The notes: generated by a model from the letters alone, not told the origin. Positions 1 through 9,387 are shown, numbered from the stretch's first letter. The stretch is 64,000 nt of DNA from Solirubrobacterales bacterium (GCA_035688825.1 DASSMM010000057.1:2830-66829), one strand, 5' to 3'. Numbers and translations: made by a program.

Positions 1-372
1 GTGGAAGGGCGGCAACAGCAGCTTGCGCTGGCCGATGTGCTTCTTCTCGTCGAGGACGAGGACCGAGTTCTCACCGAGGATCGGGCGCAGGATCTGGTTG
101 CCCTCGCCGGCGTGGAAGACCTTCGGGTCGCCGGTGAAGACCTGCTTGACCAGCTCGGGGTCGGAGATCACCACCCAGTCGCCCTCGTAGGCGATCTTCA
201 GGCTGAACATCGGGCCGAAGCGGGCGCGGCTCTGATCGAGCAGCCACTGCGCGCGGCGCGACCAGATCGCCGTCTGCGGCACCCTGCCCATCCGCGGGCC
301 GGGCGGCAGGCCCGCGGTCGGCACCGGGCCGTGCCCGTTCACCGATACCGCAGCGGTGGCGGTCGCCTCCAT
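1..372 (-). CDS. cytochrome P450, N-terminal 124 codons (gene continues beyond the left edge)
   Basis: Not in the supplied track because there is no stop codon inside the window. The reverse-strand ATG at 372 gives MEATATAAVSVNGHGPVPTAGLPPGPRMGRVPQTAIWS...FGPMFSLKIAYEGDWVVISDPELVKQVFTGDPKVFHAGEGNQILRPILGENSVLVLDEKKHIGQRKLLLPPFH. LPPGP and KHxxxRKLLxPxF are typical P450 N-terminal signatures. The + strand ORF 1..429 is its shadow frame. Confidence 0.7.
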   Translation of the reverse strand, partial: MEATATAAVSVNGHGPVPTAGLPPGPRMGRVPQTAIWSRRAQWLLDQSRARFGPMFSLKIAYEGDWVVISDPELVKQVFTGDPKVFHAGEGNQILRPILGENSVLVLDEKKHIGQRKLLLPPFH

Positions 373-439
373 AGAGGGCAAACCTACTCCTGCCGGTGCC
401 GACCGATGTGTGACGTTGGTTACGGCTAGCCTGCGGTCA

Positions 440-1501
440 GTGGCCCACCTGCCGCACCTTCCCGTTGCGGTCGAGCATCGCGTCGTCAAGTTCTTCTGCG
501 GCCTGCCGCCGCGGGTGCAGCGGCTGCTGTTCGGGGAGCCGCCGGCGATCGACGGGCAACGGCTCGCCCCCGACATCCACACCCTGCTGTGGCTGGACCG
601 GCTGGTCGACGACGCTGGGCCGGCGGGGGAGAAGGAGGTGGAGGAGACCCGCGCCGAGCGATTGCGCGAGGCGCGGATCGTCGCCCACCGGCCGCCGATC
701 CCGATGGCGCGGACCGAGGCGGTGTCAGTGCCGGGGCCGGCCGGGACGATCGACGCCCGGCTCTACGTGCCGGACGCAGCGGGCGAGGCGTCGCCCCTCC
801 TCGTCTACTTCCACGGCGGCGGCTGGGTGATCGGCGACCTCGACACCCACGACGACCCCTGCCGCTTCCTCGCCGCCCGCGCCGGCGTCCGCGTCCTCTC
901 GGTCGACTACCGCCTCGCCCCCGAGCACCCCTTCCCCGCCGCGGCCGAAGACGCGCTCGCCGCCTACGAGTGGGCCGGCGGCAATGCCGAGCGGCTCGGC
1001 GCCGCGGCCGGCCGGATCGGCGTCGGCGGCGACAGCGCCGGCGCCAACCTCGCCGCCGCCACCTGCCTGACGGCTCGCGACGCCGGCATCGCCGCCCCGG
1101 CGATGCAGCTGCTGATCTACCCGGTCGCCGAAACCGCCGGGACCGCGCCCTCGCGCCGCACCTTCGGCGAGGGGTTCCTGCTCACCCGCGGCGACATGGA
1201 CTGGTTCGAGGACCACTACCTGCCGCCGGGGTCCGACCGCGACGACCCCCGCGTCGCCCTGCTCAACGCCCCGGACCTGAGCGGCCTGCCGCCCGCCTAC
1301 GTCGCCACCGCCGGCTTCGACCCGCTGCGCGACGAGGGCGAGGCGTTCGCCGCGCGCCTGCGCGAGGCCGGCGTCCGCGTCGCCCTGCGCCGCCACCCCG
1401 GCCTCGTCCACACCTTCCTCAACCTGACCGCGATCTGCCCCACCGCCCGCGCCGCGCTGCACGAAGCCGCCGGCGCCCTGCGGCTGGGCCTGGCCGCCTG
1501 A
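440..1501 (+). CDS. alpha/beta-hydrolase, hormone-sensitive-lipase-type esterase/lipase
   Basis: Track ORF 356..1501. HGGGW oxyanion motif (LLVYFHGGGWVIGD), GDSAG nucleophile elbow (VGGDSAGANL), and C-terminal DPLRDEG...VHTF. Start placed at GTG 440 to avoid overlapping the divergent P450 start; 356 is also possible. Confidence 0.85.
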   Translation: MAHLPHLPVAVEHRVVKFFCGLPPRVQRLLFGEPPAIDGQRLAPDIHTLLWLDRLVDDAGPAGEKEVEETRAERLREARIVAHRPPIPMARTEAVSVPGPAGTIDARLYVPDAAGEASPLLVYFHGGGWVIGDLDTHDDPCRFLAARAGVRVLSVDYRLAPEHPFPAAAEDALAAYEWAGGNAERLGAAAGRIGVGGDSAGANLAAATCLTARDAGIAAPAMQLLIYPVAETAGTAPSRRTFGEGFLLTRGDMDWFEDHYLPPGSDRDDPRVALLNAPDLSGLPPAYVATAGFDPLRDEGEAFAARLREAGVRVALRRHPGLVHTFLNLTAICPTARAALHEAAGALRLGLAA

Positions 1502-1502
1502 G

Positions 1503-4064
1503 TTACTCGTACTGCAAGGACTGCAGAACGTCCAGGCGCGATGCCTGGCGCGCCGGCAGGATCGCCGCGACCACCCCGATCACCGCAGCGACGACCAGCA
1601 GGAGGAGCAGCGTCCCGAGCGGATAGGAGAGGGTGAAGCCTTCGCTCTTCAGCGGCTGCGCAATCAGGGTGGCGAAGACGATGCCGAGGACCATCCCGAG
1701 GATCGCCCCGATCACCGCCGTGATCACCGCCTCGTAGCGGATCATCGTCCGCACCTGCCGCCGCGACATCCCGATCGCCCGCAGCATCCCCAGCTCCCGC
1801 GTGCGCTCGTGGATCGAGAGCGCCAGCGTGTTGGCGATGCCGAAGATCGAGATCAGGATCGCGAAGGCGAGCAGCACGATCACCAGCATCACCAGTTTGT
1901 TGATCGCGTTTTCGCGCTCTTCCTTCAGTTCTCCCTGGTTCAGCACTTCGGTCACCGGGAAGAGCCGTTCCGAACCGGCCGTCAGCAGCGTCTGCACCTT
2001 CGCTTCGTCGGCTCCTTCTTCGACCTTGACGAAGTCGAAGAGGTCCTGCGTCTGGCGGAAGTCGCGAGCCATCACCGCCTGGGTGACGAGGACGCTGCCG
2101 AGTACGCCGAGCTCCGATTCGAACTCGCCGACGACGCGGAAGCGCGGTCGCGCCCGCGTCTGCGTCAGCAAGTCGAAACTGTCGCCGAGTTCGAGATCGT
2201 GGGCGGAGGCGAAGTCGTCGGAGACGATCGCCTGCCGCCCGCTGAGCCGACGCAGCGCCGCCGGCCCGCCCTTCGTCCATTCGATATTCAGGGTCTCGCC
2301 GATGTCCCTGGTCGGCGCGTTGACCTGGACGGTGCCGCCGCCCGCCGCTCCCCCTTCGACCACCTTCGCCTGGGCACCGCGGATCGTCGCCACCAGCTCC
2401 ACCCCGGGAACCTTGCGCGCCGCCGCCGCCGCACCGTTCGGGATCGGCGAAAAGCCGTCGCTGTTCTGGATCACCAGGCCGCCGGCGAAGTTTTCGTCGA
2501 CGACCTGGGCGACCGTGCTCTTCAGGCCGGCGGCGAAGACGGTGACGAAGGTGACCAGGGCGAGGCCGATCATCAGCGCCGCCGCGGTGATCGCGGTGCG
2601 GCTCGGGTTGCGCTGCGCGTTCTCGCGGGCGAGGCGGCCGGTGAGCCGCCGCAGCCGCTCCAGCGGCCAGCCGGCGACGGTCGCCAGCGGCGGCACCAGC
2701 CGCGGGCTGAAGATCGAGACCGCGAGGACGACCACGACGGCGCCGCCGCCCATCAGGCCGGCCCGCTGTCCGGCGCTGCCGCTGCCGAGCAGGCCGATCA
2801 GCACCATTGCGACGCCGATCGCCGCGAGCAGGGTCGAGAGCACCAGGTAGACCAGGCGGCGGCGCCGCGTCGGCGCCGGGCTGAAGGCATGCAGGGCGGC
2901 CATCGGCGGCACCCGGGTCGAGCGCAGGGCGGGTACGAGGGAGGAGACCGTCGTTACCACCAGGCCGACGATCAGGGAAACGGCGACGGTGCGCGGCTCG
3001 AGCCGCAGGCTCGTGGTCGGCAGGTCGGCGCCGAAGGCTTCGAAGAGGACGTTGATCAGCTTGGCGATGACGAAGCCGCCGGCGATCCCGATCAGGGCGC
3101 CGAGCAGGCCGATCGCCAGCGCTTCGACAAGGACCGTGGTGAGGATCTGGCGGCGCGAGGCGCCGAGCGTTCGCAGCATCCCGAATTCGCTGATCCGCTG
3201 GGCGACCGTGATCGAGAAGGTGTTGAAGATCAGGAACGAGCCGACGAAGACGGCGATGAAGCCGAAGACGAGGAGGAAGGTCTTGAGGAAGCCGAGGCTT
3301 TCGCGGATTTCCTCCGAGGCGCGGTCGGCGCTTTCCTTCGCCGTCTCGACCTTGACCCCGGCCGGCATCTCCCGGGCGATCCGCCGTTTCAGCGTCTCCG
3401 GGGAGACGCCGTCGGCCGCCGCAACCGAGATCTGGTCGAAGCGGCCCACCTTGTGGGTCAGCCGCTGCGCCACCGGCAGCGTCACCTGGGCGATGCTGGC
3501 GCCGCCGAAGGAGGCGCTGCCGAGCTTGGTGAAGCCGACGAGGCGGAACTTCCGCGCTTTGCCCTGGCCGATCAGCTCGATCGGCTCTCCCAGCTTCAGG
3601 TCGCTTCCTTCTGCGGCCGCCTGGTCGATCGAGGCTTCGGTCGGCCCGCGCGGCTTGTGGCCTTCGACGTAGTTCAGCGACTCGAGGCCGTCCGGCAGGC
3701 CCGAGGAGATGAACTTCGGGGCGAATTTGTTGCCGATCTTTTCGCCTTCCCCGTCGAAGAAGGCGCCCGGGGTGAAGATCGCCCCTGCCGCGATCCGCAC
3801 CCCTCTCGTCTTCTGCACGGTCGGCAACACCGAGGCGCTGATCGTCGGGACTTCGCCGTTTTCCTGCTTGACCGGGTTCGCGGCGGTGATGACGACGCTG
3901 GTCCCGCTCAGCGACTCTTCGAAGATTTCGTCGAAGGCGGCGAAGATCGTGTCGGTGAGGACGTAGGAGCCGGCGACGAAGGCGACGCCGAGGACGACCG
4001 CGAAGGTCGTGGTCAGGGCGCGGACCTTGCGCGCCCAGAGGCTCTTGAGGCCGAGGCTAGTCAA
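1503..4064 (-). CDS. ABC transporter permease, FtsX/MacB-type with two FtsX domains
   Basis: 853 aa. N-terminal TM helix, large periplasmic-type domain, then 4-TM FtsX blocks twice (FNTFSITVAQRISEFGMLRTLGASRRQI and IANTLALSIHERTRELGMLRAIGMSRRQV). Overlaps the upstream ATPase gene by 8 nt. Confidence 0.9.
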   Translation of the reverse strand: MTSLGLKSLWARKVRALTTTFAVVLGVAFVAGSYVLTDTIFAAFDEIFEESLSGTSVVITAANPVKQENGEVPTISASVLPTVQKTRGVRIAAGAIFTPGAFFDGEGEKIGNKFAPKFISSGLPDGLESLNYVEGHKPRGPTEASIDQAAAEGSDLKLGEPIELIGQGKARKFRLVGFTKLGSASFGGASIAQVTLPVAQRLTHKVGRFDQISVAAADGVSPETLKRRIAREMPAGVKVETAKESADRASEEIRESLGFLKTFLLVFGFIAVFVGSFLIFNTFSITVAQRISEFGMLRTLGASRRQILTTVLVEALAIGLLGALIGIAGGFVIAKLINVLFEAFGADLPTTSLRLEPRTVAVSLIVGLVVTTVSSLVPALRSTRVPPMAALHAFSPAPTRRRRLVYLVLSTLLAAIGVAMVLIGLLGSGSAGQRAGLMGGGAVVVVLAVSIFSPRLVPPLATVAGWPLERLRRLTGRLARENAQRNPSRTAITAAALMIGLALVTFVTVFAAGLKSTVAQVVDENFAGGLVIQNSDGFSPIPNGAAAAARKVPGVELVATIRGAQAKVVEGGAAGGGTVQVNAPTRDIGETLNIEWTKGGPAALRRLSGRQAIVSDDFASAHDLELGDSFDLLTQTRARPRFRVVGEFESELGVLGSVLVTQAVMARDFRQTQDLFDFVKVEEGADEAKVQTLLTAGSERLFPVTEVLNQGELKEERENAINKLVMLVIVLLAFAILISIFGIANTLALSIHERTRELGMLRAIGMSRRQVRTMIRYEAVITAVIGAILGMVLGIVFATLIAQPLKSEGFTLSYPLGTLLLLLVVAAVIGVVAAILPARQASRLDVLQSLQYE

Positions 4065-4788
4065 GCCGCTTCTGCAGCTCGATCACCTCGTCCGCCGAGC
4101 CGGGGGCGGCGTCGCTGACGATCTTCCCGTCCTGGAGGGTGATGAGGCGGTCGGCGTGGGCGGCGGCGACCGGGTCGTGGGTGACCATCACCACCGTCTG
4201 GCCGAACTCGTCGACGGCCTGGCGCAGCAGCCGCAGCACGTCCTCGCTCGCTTTCGAGTCGAGGTTGCCGGTCGGCTCGTCGGCGAAGACCACCGCCGGT
4301 TTGCTGACCAGGGCGCGGGCGACCGCGACCCGCTGCTGCTGGCCGCCGGAGAGCTCGGCCGGGCGGTGCGTGCGCCGGTCCTCGAGGCCGACGGTGCGGA
4401 CGAGCTGGTCGACCCACTCCCGGTCGGGCTTGCGGCCGGCGATCGAGAGCGGCAGCACCAGGTTCTCCTCCGCCGTCAGCACCGGCAGCAGGTTGAAGAA
4501 CTGGAAGACGAAGCCGAGCTTGTCGCGGCGCAGCTCGGTCAGCTTCGAGTCGTCGAGCTTGGTGATGTCGACCCCGTCCAGCTCGACCGTGCCCGAGGTA
4601 GGCCGGTCGAGGCCGGCGAGGATGTGCATCAGCGTCGACTTGCCCGAGCCCGAGGGGCCCATGATCGCGGTGAAGCGATCGCGCTCGAAGAAGGTGGTGA
4701 CGCCGGCGAGCGCGTCGACGGCGGCGTCCCCTTCGCCGTAGCGGCGGTGAAGGTCGGTGGCAACCACGACTTGCCCGTTGACGCTCAC
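4057..4788 (-). CDS. ABC transporter ATP-binding protein (MacB/LolD-like)
   Basis: Walker A GPSGSGKST, Q-loop, signature LSGGQQQRVAVARAL, Walker B VVFADEPTGNLD, H-loop VTHD. Confidence 0.95.
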   Translation of the reverse strand: MSVNGQVVVATDLHRRYGEGDAAVDALAGVTTFFERDRFTAIMGPSGSGKSTLMHILAGLDRPTSGTVELDGVDITKLDDSKLTELRRDKLGFVFQFFNLLPVLTAEENLVLPLSIAGRKPDREWVDQLVRTVGLEDRRTHRPAELSGGQQQRVAVARALVSKPAVVFADEPTGNLDSKASEDVLRLLRQAVDEFGQTVVMVTHDPVAAAHADRLITLQDGKIVSDAAPGSADEVIELQKRLD

Positions 4789-4820
4789 TACCGGGCACCG
4801 TATCGAGCCAGGGAACTAGG

Positions 4821-5660
4821 GTGCGGACCGTGCCTCTCGCCGACCGCTTCGACGGACTCCTGATCGATCTCGACGGGGTGGTCTGGATCGGTCGCGAGCC
4901 GGTGCCGGGCTCGGTGGAGGCGCTGCAAGCGCTGCTGGCGGCCGGCAAGCGGATCGTCTTCGTCACCAACAACCCGGGGCGGCTGCCGCAGGCCTACGCC
5001 GAGCGGCTGCGGGAGCTCGGGGTCGAGGTCGGCCCGGAGCAGATCGTCACCGCCGGGATGGCGGTGGCGCGGCTGGCCGGAGAGGCCGCGGCGGCGGCGG
5101 GCGAGGGCGGCAGCGCCTTCGTGATCGGCGCCGGGCCTCTAAAGGAGATGGTGGCGGCGACGGGGGCGCGGCTGCTGGAGGGAGAAGAGGCTGAGGCAGC
5201 CGACGTGGTCGTCGTCTCCGGCCACAGAGGCTTCGACTACGGCGAGCTGAAGACGGCGAAGTTCGCCCTCGACCGCGGCGCCCGGCTCTTCGCCACCAGC
5301 CACGACCCGACGATGCCCTACCCGGGCGGCGAGCTGCCGGGGACCGGCGCGGTCCTGGCGGCGATCGAAGTCGCTTCCGGCAAGGGGGCGACGATCGCCG
5401 GCAAGCCCGAGCGCCACCTGTTCGAGATGGCGATCGAGACGATCCGCGGTTCCTTTTGCACCGATGACGTGCAAAAGGAACCGGGCGATGGACGTTTGGC
5501 GATGATCGGCGACCGGATCAGCTCCGACATCGACGGGGGGCGAGCCGCCGGGCTGGAGACCGTCCTCGTCCTCAGCGGCACCACCACGCGCGAGCAGGCG
5601 GAAGCGGCCGACCCCGGCCCCGACCACGTGCTCGACGACCTCGCCGCCCTGCTGAAGTGA
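4821..5660 (+). CDS. HAD-superfamily subfamily IIA hydrolase (NagD-like phosphatase)
   Basis: DxDG motif (LLIDLDGVVW), VFVTNN, GKPE, GDRISSDIDGG..GLETVLVLSG. Contains an in-frame palindromic insert at 5448..5482. Confidence 0.85.
   Translation: MRTVPLADRFDGLLIDLDGVVWIGREPVPGSVEALQALLAAGKRIVFVTNNPGRLPQAYAERLRELGVEVGPEQIVTAGMAVARLAGEAAAAAGEGGSAFVIGAGPLKEMVAATGARLLEGEEAEAADVVVVSGHRGFDYGELKTAKFALDRGARLFATSHDPTMPYPGGELPGTGAVLAAIEVASGKGATIAGKPERHLFEMAIETIRGSFCTDDVQKEPGDGRLAMIGDRISSDIDGGRAAGLETVLVLSGTTTREQAEAADPGPDHVLDDLAALLK
5448..5482. repeat. 35-bp perfect hairpin (14-bp arms) embedded in the HAD hydrolase coding sequence
   Basis: GGTTCCTTTTGCAC-cgatgac-GTGCAAAAGGAACC read directly from the sequence. 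It translates in frame as part of RGSFCTDDVQKEPG. Confidence 0.9.
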
Positions 5661-6844
5661 GCGCCGGGGCGCGCGCCGACAGCCAGCATCGGCGGCCGGG
5701 GCTGAGCTTCGCCGGCGTCTTCGCCGTCACCTTCCTCGGCCTGATCGCGGTCGGCGCGGTGCTGCCGGTCCTACCCCGCTACATCCGCGGCCCGCTCGAC
5801 TCGACCGACCTCGCGGTCGGGGTGGTGATCGGCTCCTACGCGGTCACCGGACTGCTGCTGCGGCCGGTCGCCGGCCGCCTCGCCGACACCCGCGGGCGGC
5901 GGCCGACGGTGGTTGTCGGGGCGCTGCTGGTCTCGCTCAGCGGCCTCCTCTACCTCCCCCACCTCGGCCTCCCGGGCCTGGTCCTCGCCCGCCTCGTCCT
6001 CGGCGCCGGCGAGGGCGCCGTCTACACCGCCGGCTCGGCCTGGATCGTCGACATGGCGCCGCCTGCGCGGCGCGGCCGCATCCTCGGCCTCTACGGGCTC
6101 GCGGTCTGGGGCGGCCTCAGCGTCGGGCCGCTGCTCGGCGAGGTGCTGTTGCACGCCACCAGCTACTCGGTGGTCTGGATCTGCGCCGGGGTGTTGCCGC
6201 TACTGGGAGCGGCGATCGCGCTGCGCGTCCCCGATCCCTTCCAACCGCTGGCTCACGCCGAGCCGCACCCGCTGATCGCGCCGGAGGCCGTCCGGCCCGG
6301 TCTCGCCATCGCGCTAGCCTCGGTCGGCTACGCGACCCTCGCCGCCTTCATCGTCCTCCTGCTCGATTCCCGCGGCGTCGGCCACGGCGCCACCGTCTTC
6401 GCCGCCTTCGCGGCGATGATCGTGCTGGCACGGGTGCTCGCCGGCCACCTGCCCGACCGCTACGGCCCCGCCCCGGTTGCGATCGGCGCGGTCCTGATCG
6501 AGGCCGGCGGGCTCTTGCTGATCGCCGTCTCCCACAGCCTGCCGCTGGCGCTGATCGGCGGGATGGCGATGGGCGGCGGCTTCTCGCTGCTCAATCCCTC
6601 CCTGATGTTGATCGCGGTCGGCCGCGTCTCGCAGGAGGCACGGGGTGCGGCGATGGGCACCTACACCGCCTTCTTCGACGCCGGCGTCGGCATCGGCGCG
6701 CCGCTGGCCGGGCTGGCGGCGGCCCTGACCAGCTACGAGGGCGCCTTCGTCTTCGCCGCCGCGGTCGCCGTCGCCTCCGCCCTGCTGATCGCGGCAACCC
6801 TGCGACGCGAGCACCACCTGCCGCCCGGCGCTACCGCTCGCTGA
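5657..6844 (+). CDS. MFS transporter
   Basis: 395 aa, about 12 predicted TM helices. MFS loop motif GRLADTRGRRP between TM2 and TM3. The GTG start overlaps the upstream stop. Confidence 0.85.
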   Translation: MSAGARADSQHRRPGLSFAGVFAVTFLGLIAVGAVLPVLPRYIRGPLDSTDLAVGVVIGSYAVTGLLLRPVAGRLADTRGRRPTVVVGALLVSLSGLLYLPHLGLPGLVLARLVLGAGEGAVYTAGSAWIVDMAPPARRGRILGLYGLAVWGGLSVGPLLGEVLLHATSYSVVWICAGVLPLLGAAIALRVPDPFQPLAHAEPHPLIAPEAVRPGLAIALASVGYATLAAFIVLLLDSRGVGHGATVFAAFAAMIVLARVLAGHLPDRYGPAPVAIGAVLIEAGGLLLIAVSHSLPLALIGGMAMGGGFSLLNPSLMLIAVGRVSQEARGAAMGTYTAFFDAGVGIGAPLAGLAAALTSYEGAFVFAAAVAVASALLIAATLRREHHLPPGATAR

Positions 6845-7616
6845 TCAGGAGCGTCTGCAGCGCCCGGCCGATCCGGCCCTCGCCGTCGAAGAGGACCGAG
6901 TCGGAGCTGCCGACGCCGCTCGGCTGTGGCCGCGTCACCGCGTCGATGCCGATCCACTCCCCCGCCGGCATCCGCTCCAGCTGCACGGTCAGGTCGACGT
7001 TGATGAAGAGGAAGCGGCGGAAATCCAGCGAGGCGCTGACGCCGTTGCCGACGTCGGCGACGACGAGGGTGCGCTGCAGCGGCGTCGGCTCCTCGCCGGC
7101 GACGAGCGGCTGGCGCATCCGCAGCCAGACCGTCGCCGGGCCCGGCTCGAGGAAGTCGCCGGAGACGAAGCGGATCTCCATCGCCGAGTGGTAGCCGTGC
7201 TCCTGGCCGGTGGGGAAGAAGTTCGCGTCGCGCGCCTGCTCGGGAGGCGGGGGCGTCTCGGTGGCGACGAGCGCCGCGGCCGGCACCTCGACCTCCCCCC
7301 GGCGGATCCGCCAGGCCCGCGCCCGCATCAGCACCTCGCCCTCGGCGTCGCTCAGCTCCGCTTCCAGCATCTGCACCCGCCGCCCCGGCCGCGCCACCCT
7401 CGCCTCCACCCGCACCGGCGCGATCGGCACCGAGCGGAGGATCTCGAAGGTGACCCGCCCGACCTGGAACTCGGCCGCGTCCGGCAGCCCCTCGAGCGCG
7501 TAGCCGAGCAGCGCCGCCGGCGGCCCCGCATGCTGCGCCCCCGGGTCCCAGGGCCCCCGCGTCAGCTCGGTAGCGCGAAAGAGGTCACCATCGCGCTCGT
7601 AAAAAGCCTCGAACAC
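6831..7616 (-). CDS. acyl-CoA thioesterase-like (double hot-dog, TesB-type) protein
   Basis: 261 aa. N-terminal ...RATELTRGPWDPGAQHAGPPAALL... and C-terminal ...VADVGNGVSA...INVDLTV... resemble the thioesterase-like superfamily. GTG start at 7616. Confidence 0.75.
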   Translation of the reverse strand: MFEAFYERDGDLFRATELTRGPWDPGAQHAGPPAALLGYALEGLPDAAEFQVGRVTFEILRSVPIAPVRVEARVARPGRRVQMLEAELSDAEGEVLMRARAWRIRRGEVEVPAAALVATETPPPPEQARDANFFPTGQEHGYHSAMEIRFVSGDFLEPGPATVWLRMRQPLVAGEEPTPLQRTLVVADVGNGVSASLDFRRFLFINVDLTVQLERMPAGEWIGIDAVTRPQPSGVGSSDSVLFDGEGRIGRALQTLLISER

Positions 7617-7638
7617 GCGGGGATCGTACGTCCCACAC

Positions 7639-7687
7639 GAACTGCATCAACTTGACCACCCAGCAGATAGTCAAGTTGATGCAGTTC
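7639..7687 (-). terminator. perfect 18-bp inverted repeat directly after the CAP-domain gene stop (terminator or operator)
   Basis: GAACTGCATCAACTTGAC-13 nt-GTCAAGTTGATGCAGTTC. It begins 5 nt after the stop at 7692..7694. There is no clear T-tract, so a terminator role is only one option. Confidence 0.45.
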
Positions 7688-7691
7688 GGAA

Positions 7692-8204
7692 TCAGCACCG
7701 GTGGCTGCCGAACTCCTGGGTCCAGACGTGGGCGCCGCCGTAGCCTTCGAGCCTGCCGGTCTGCAGGCCGATGCCCGTCTGTTCGTAGGGGCCGAGGATG
7801 TTTTCCCGGTGGCCCGGCGACTTCATCCAGGCCTTGAAGATCGAGCGCGGGGTTCCCAGGCCGCCGCTCCCCCAGGCGATGTTCTCGCCCGCGCTGCAGC
7901 CCTGGTAGCCGAAGCGAGTCATCCAGAAGGTGAATTCGCGGCCGCAGGCTTCGTGGCTGAATTCGTTGCAGCGGAGGATGTCGCGGGACTTGTGGTCGGC
8001 GGCCTTGATCAGCGAGCGCACGGCGGTCAGCGGGGGGAGACCGCGTGTGGTCCGGGCGTGGTTGACGAGGCAGAGCATCGCCCGCTCCTGCGTCTCGAAG
8101 GGAGCTTTGCCCTGGTCCTGGTTATGGCAGGCCTGGGCCGCGCTCGGCAGGCCGAGCAACCCCGCCACCAGGAGGAGGCCGACGATCGTGCTTCTTCTCG
8201 TCAC
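7692..8204 (-). CDS. secreted CAP/SCP (YkwD-like) domain protein
   Basis: Only the C-terminal 170 aa of track ORF 7692..8573 look real. GTG at 8204 gives the signal peptide VTRRSTIVGLLLVAGLLGLPSAAQA, followed by the CAP-domain pattern LVNHARTTRGLPPL...GENIAWG...AWMKSPGHRENIL. Confidence 0.8.
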   Translation of the reverse strand: MTRRSTIVGLLLVAGLLGLPSAAQACHNQDQGKAPFETQERAMLCLVNHARTTRGLPPLTAVRSLIKAADHKSRDILRCNEFSHEACGREFTFWMTRFGYQGCSAGENIAWGSGGLGTPRSIFKAWMKSPGHRENILGPYEQTGIGLQTGRLEGYGGAHVWTQEFGSHRC

Positions 8205-8255
8205 GGGCTCGTAATACCCGAGGCGTACTCTCTTAACAAGAGAGAAAGGAACGAA

Positions 8256-8654
8256 ATGGCGACGAAAGTTCAGAAAAGCGAGCAGGAGTGGCGCGAGCAG
8301 CTCACGCCCGAGCAGTTCGAGGTCACCCGCAAGGCCGGCACCGAGCGTGCCTTCACCGGCCCCTACTGGGACGAGAAGGCGGAGGGGATGTACCGCTGCG
8401 TCTGCTGCGGGACCGAGCTCTTCTCCTCGGACACGAAGTTCGACTCGGGCACCGGCTGGCCCAGCTTCACCGAGCCGGCCAACCTCGAGCACGTCGAGCT
8501 GCGGCCGGACAACAGTCTCTTCATGCGGCGGACCGAGGTCGTCTGCAAGCACTGCGACGCCCACCTCGGCCACGTCTTCGACGACGGCCCGGCCGACAAA
8601 GGCGGCCAGCGCTACTGCATCAACGGCTGCGCCTTGACGCTGGAGAAGAAATAA
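8256..8654 (+). CDS. msrB: peptide-methionine (R)-S-oxide reductase
   Basis: ATG at 8256 preceded by AGAGAAAGGA. FTGPYWDEKAEGMYRCVCCGTELFSSDTKFDSGTGWPSF...VVCKHCDAHLGHVFDDGP is the SelR/MsrB signature with two CxxC pairs. Confidence 0.95.
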   Translation: MATKVQKSEQEWREQLTPEQFEVTRKAGTERAFTGPYWDEKAEGMYRCVCCGTELFSSDTKFDSGTGWPSFTEPANLEHVELRPDNSLFMRRTEVVCKHCDAHLGHVFDDGPADKGGQRYCINGCALTLEKK

Positions 8655-8659
8655 CCGGC

Positions 8660-8702
8660 GACGGGACGAAAACGGGCCTATATAGACCGAAATCGTCCCG
8701 TC
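8660..8702. repeat. 43-bp palindromic element, intergenic copy (same family as 54327..54369)
   Basis: GACGGGACGAAAACGGGCCTATATAGACCGAAATCGTCCCGTC lies between the convergent msrB and response-regulator genes. Its reverse complement matches 54327..54369 at about 34 of 43 positions by hand alignment, with conserved 14-15-nt termini. Confidence 0.85.
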
Positions 8703-8711
8703 GGCAGGCGG

Positions 8712-9368
8712 TTAAAGGGCGCCGCCGCCGGCGCCGAGGTAGCTGAAGCGCACGGCCAGCGCCACCGCCTCGGTGCGGGTGTCGACCTCGAGCTTGGCGA
8801 TCGCGTTGCGCACGTGGGTGTGCACGGTCGCCGGGCTCAGCTGCAGCCGGTCGGCGATTTCTTTCACCCGCAGGCCCTCGGCCAGCAGCTCGAGGATCTG
8901 CCGCTCGCGCGGCGAGAGGTCGAGCAGTTTCTCGACCTCGGACGGCTTGCCGCCGGCGAAGTCGCCGCCGAGGAAGGTGCCGCCCTGGGTCACCGCTTTG
9001 ACCGCCTTGGCGATGTCCTCCGCCGGCGCCGACTTCAGCACGTAGCCGGAGGCGCCGGCGCGCAGGGCGAGCGCCAGCAGGTCCGGCTGGGCGTGGGCGG
9101 TGAAGATGATCACTTTCGTCCGCGGCCGGACTTTGAGGACCTCCTTGGTCGCCTCGATGCCGTCGCGCTTGGGCAGCTCGACGTCGATGATGAGGACGTC
9201 CGGTTCCAGTTCCTTGACGACCTCGACGACGTCGCGGCCGTTGCCCGCCTCGCCGACGATTTCGACGATGCTCGAGTTCATCATCCGCGCTTTGATCGCG
9301 TCGCGGACGATCTCGTGGTCGTCGCAGAGCACGACGCGTTTCGCTTCTCGCACGCCGGTGCCCATCAC
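8712..9368 (-). CDS. two-component response regulator, NarL/LuxR family
   Basis: Receiver domain (VVLCDDHEIV...LIIDVELPKRDG...FTAH) plus LuxR HTH (LSPRERQILELLAEGLRVKEIADRLQLSPATVHTHVRNAIAKL). Confidence 0.9.
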   Translation of the reverse strand: MMGTGVREAKRVVLCDDHEIVRDAIKARMMNSSIVEIVGEAGNGRDVVEVVKELEPDVLIIDVELPKRDGIEATKEVLKVRPRTKVIIFTAHAQPDLLALALRAGASGYVLKSAPAEDIAKAVKAVTQGGTFLGGDFAGGKPSEVEKLLDLSPRERQILELLAEGLRVKEIADRLQLSPATVHTHVRNAIAKLEVDTRTEAVALAVRFSYLGAGGGAL

Positions 9369-9387
9369 AGCCCTTGCTCCGCGCTGC

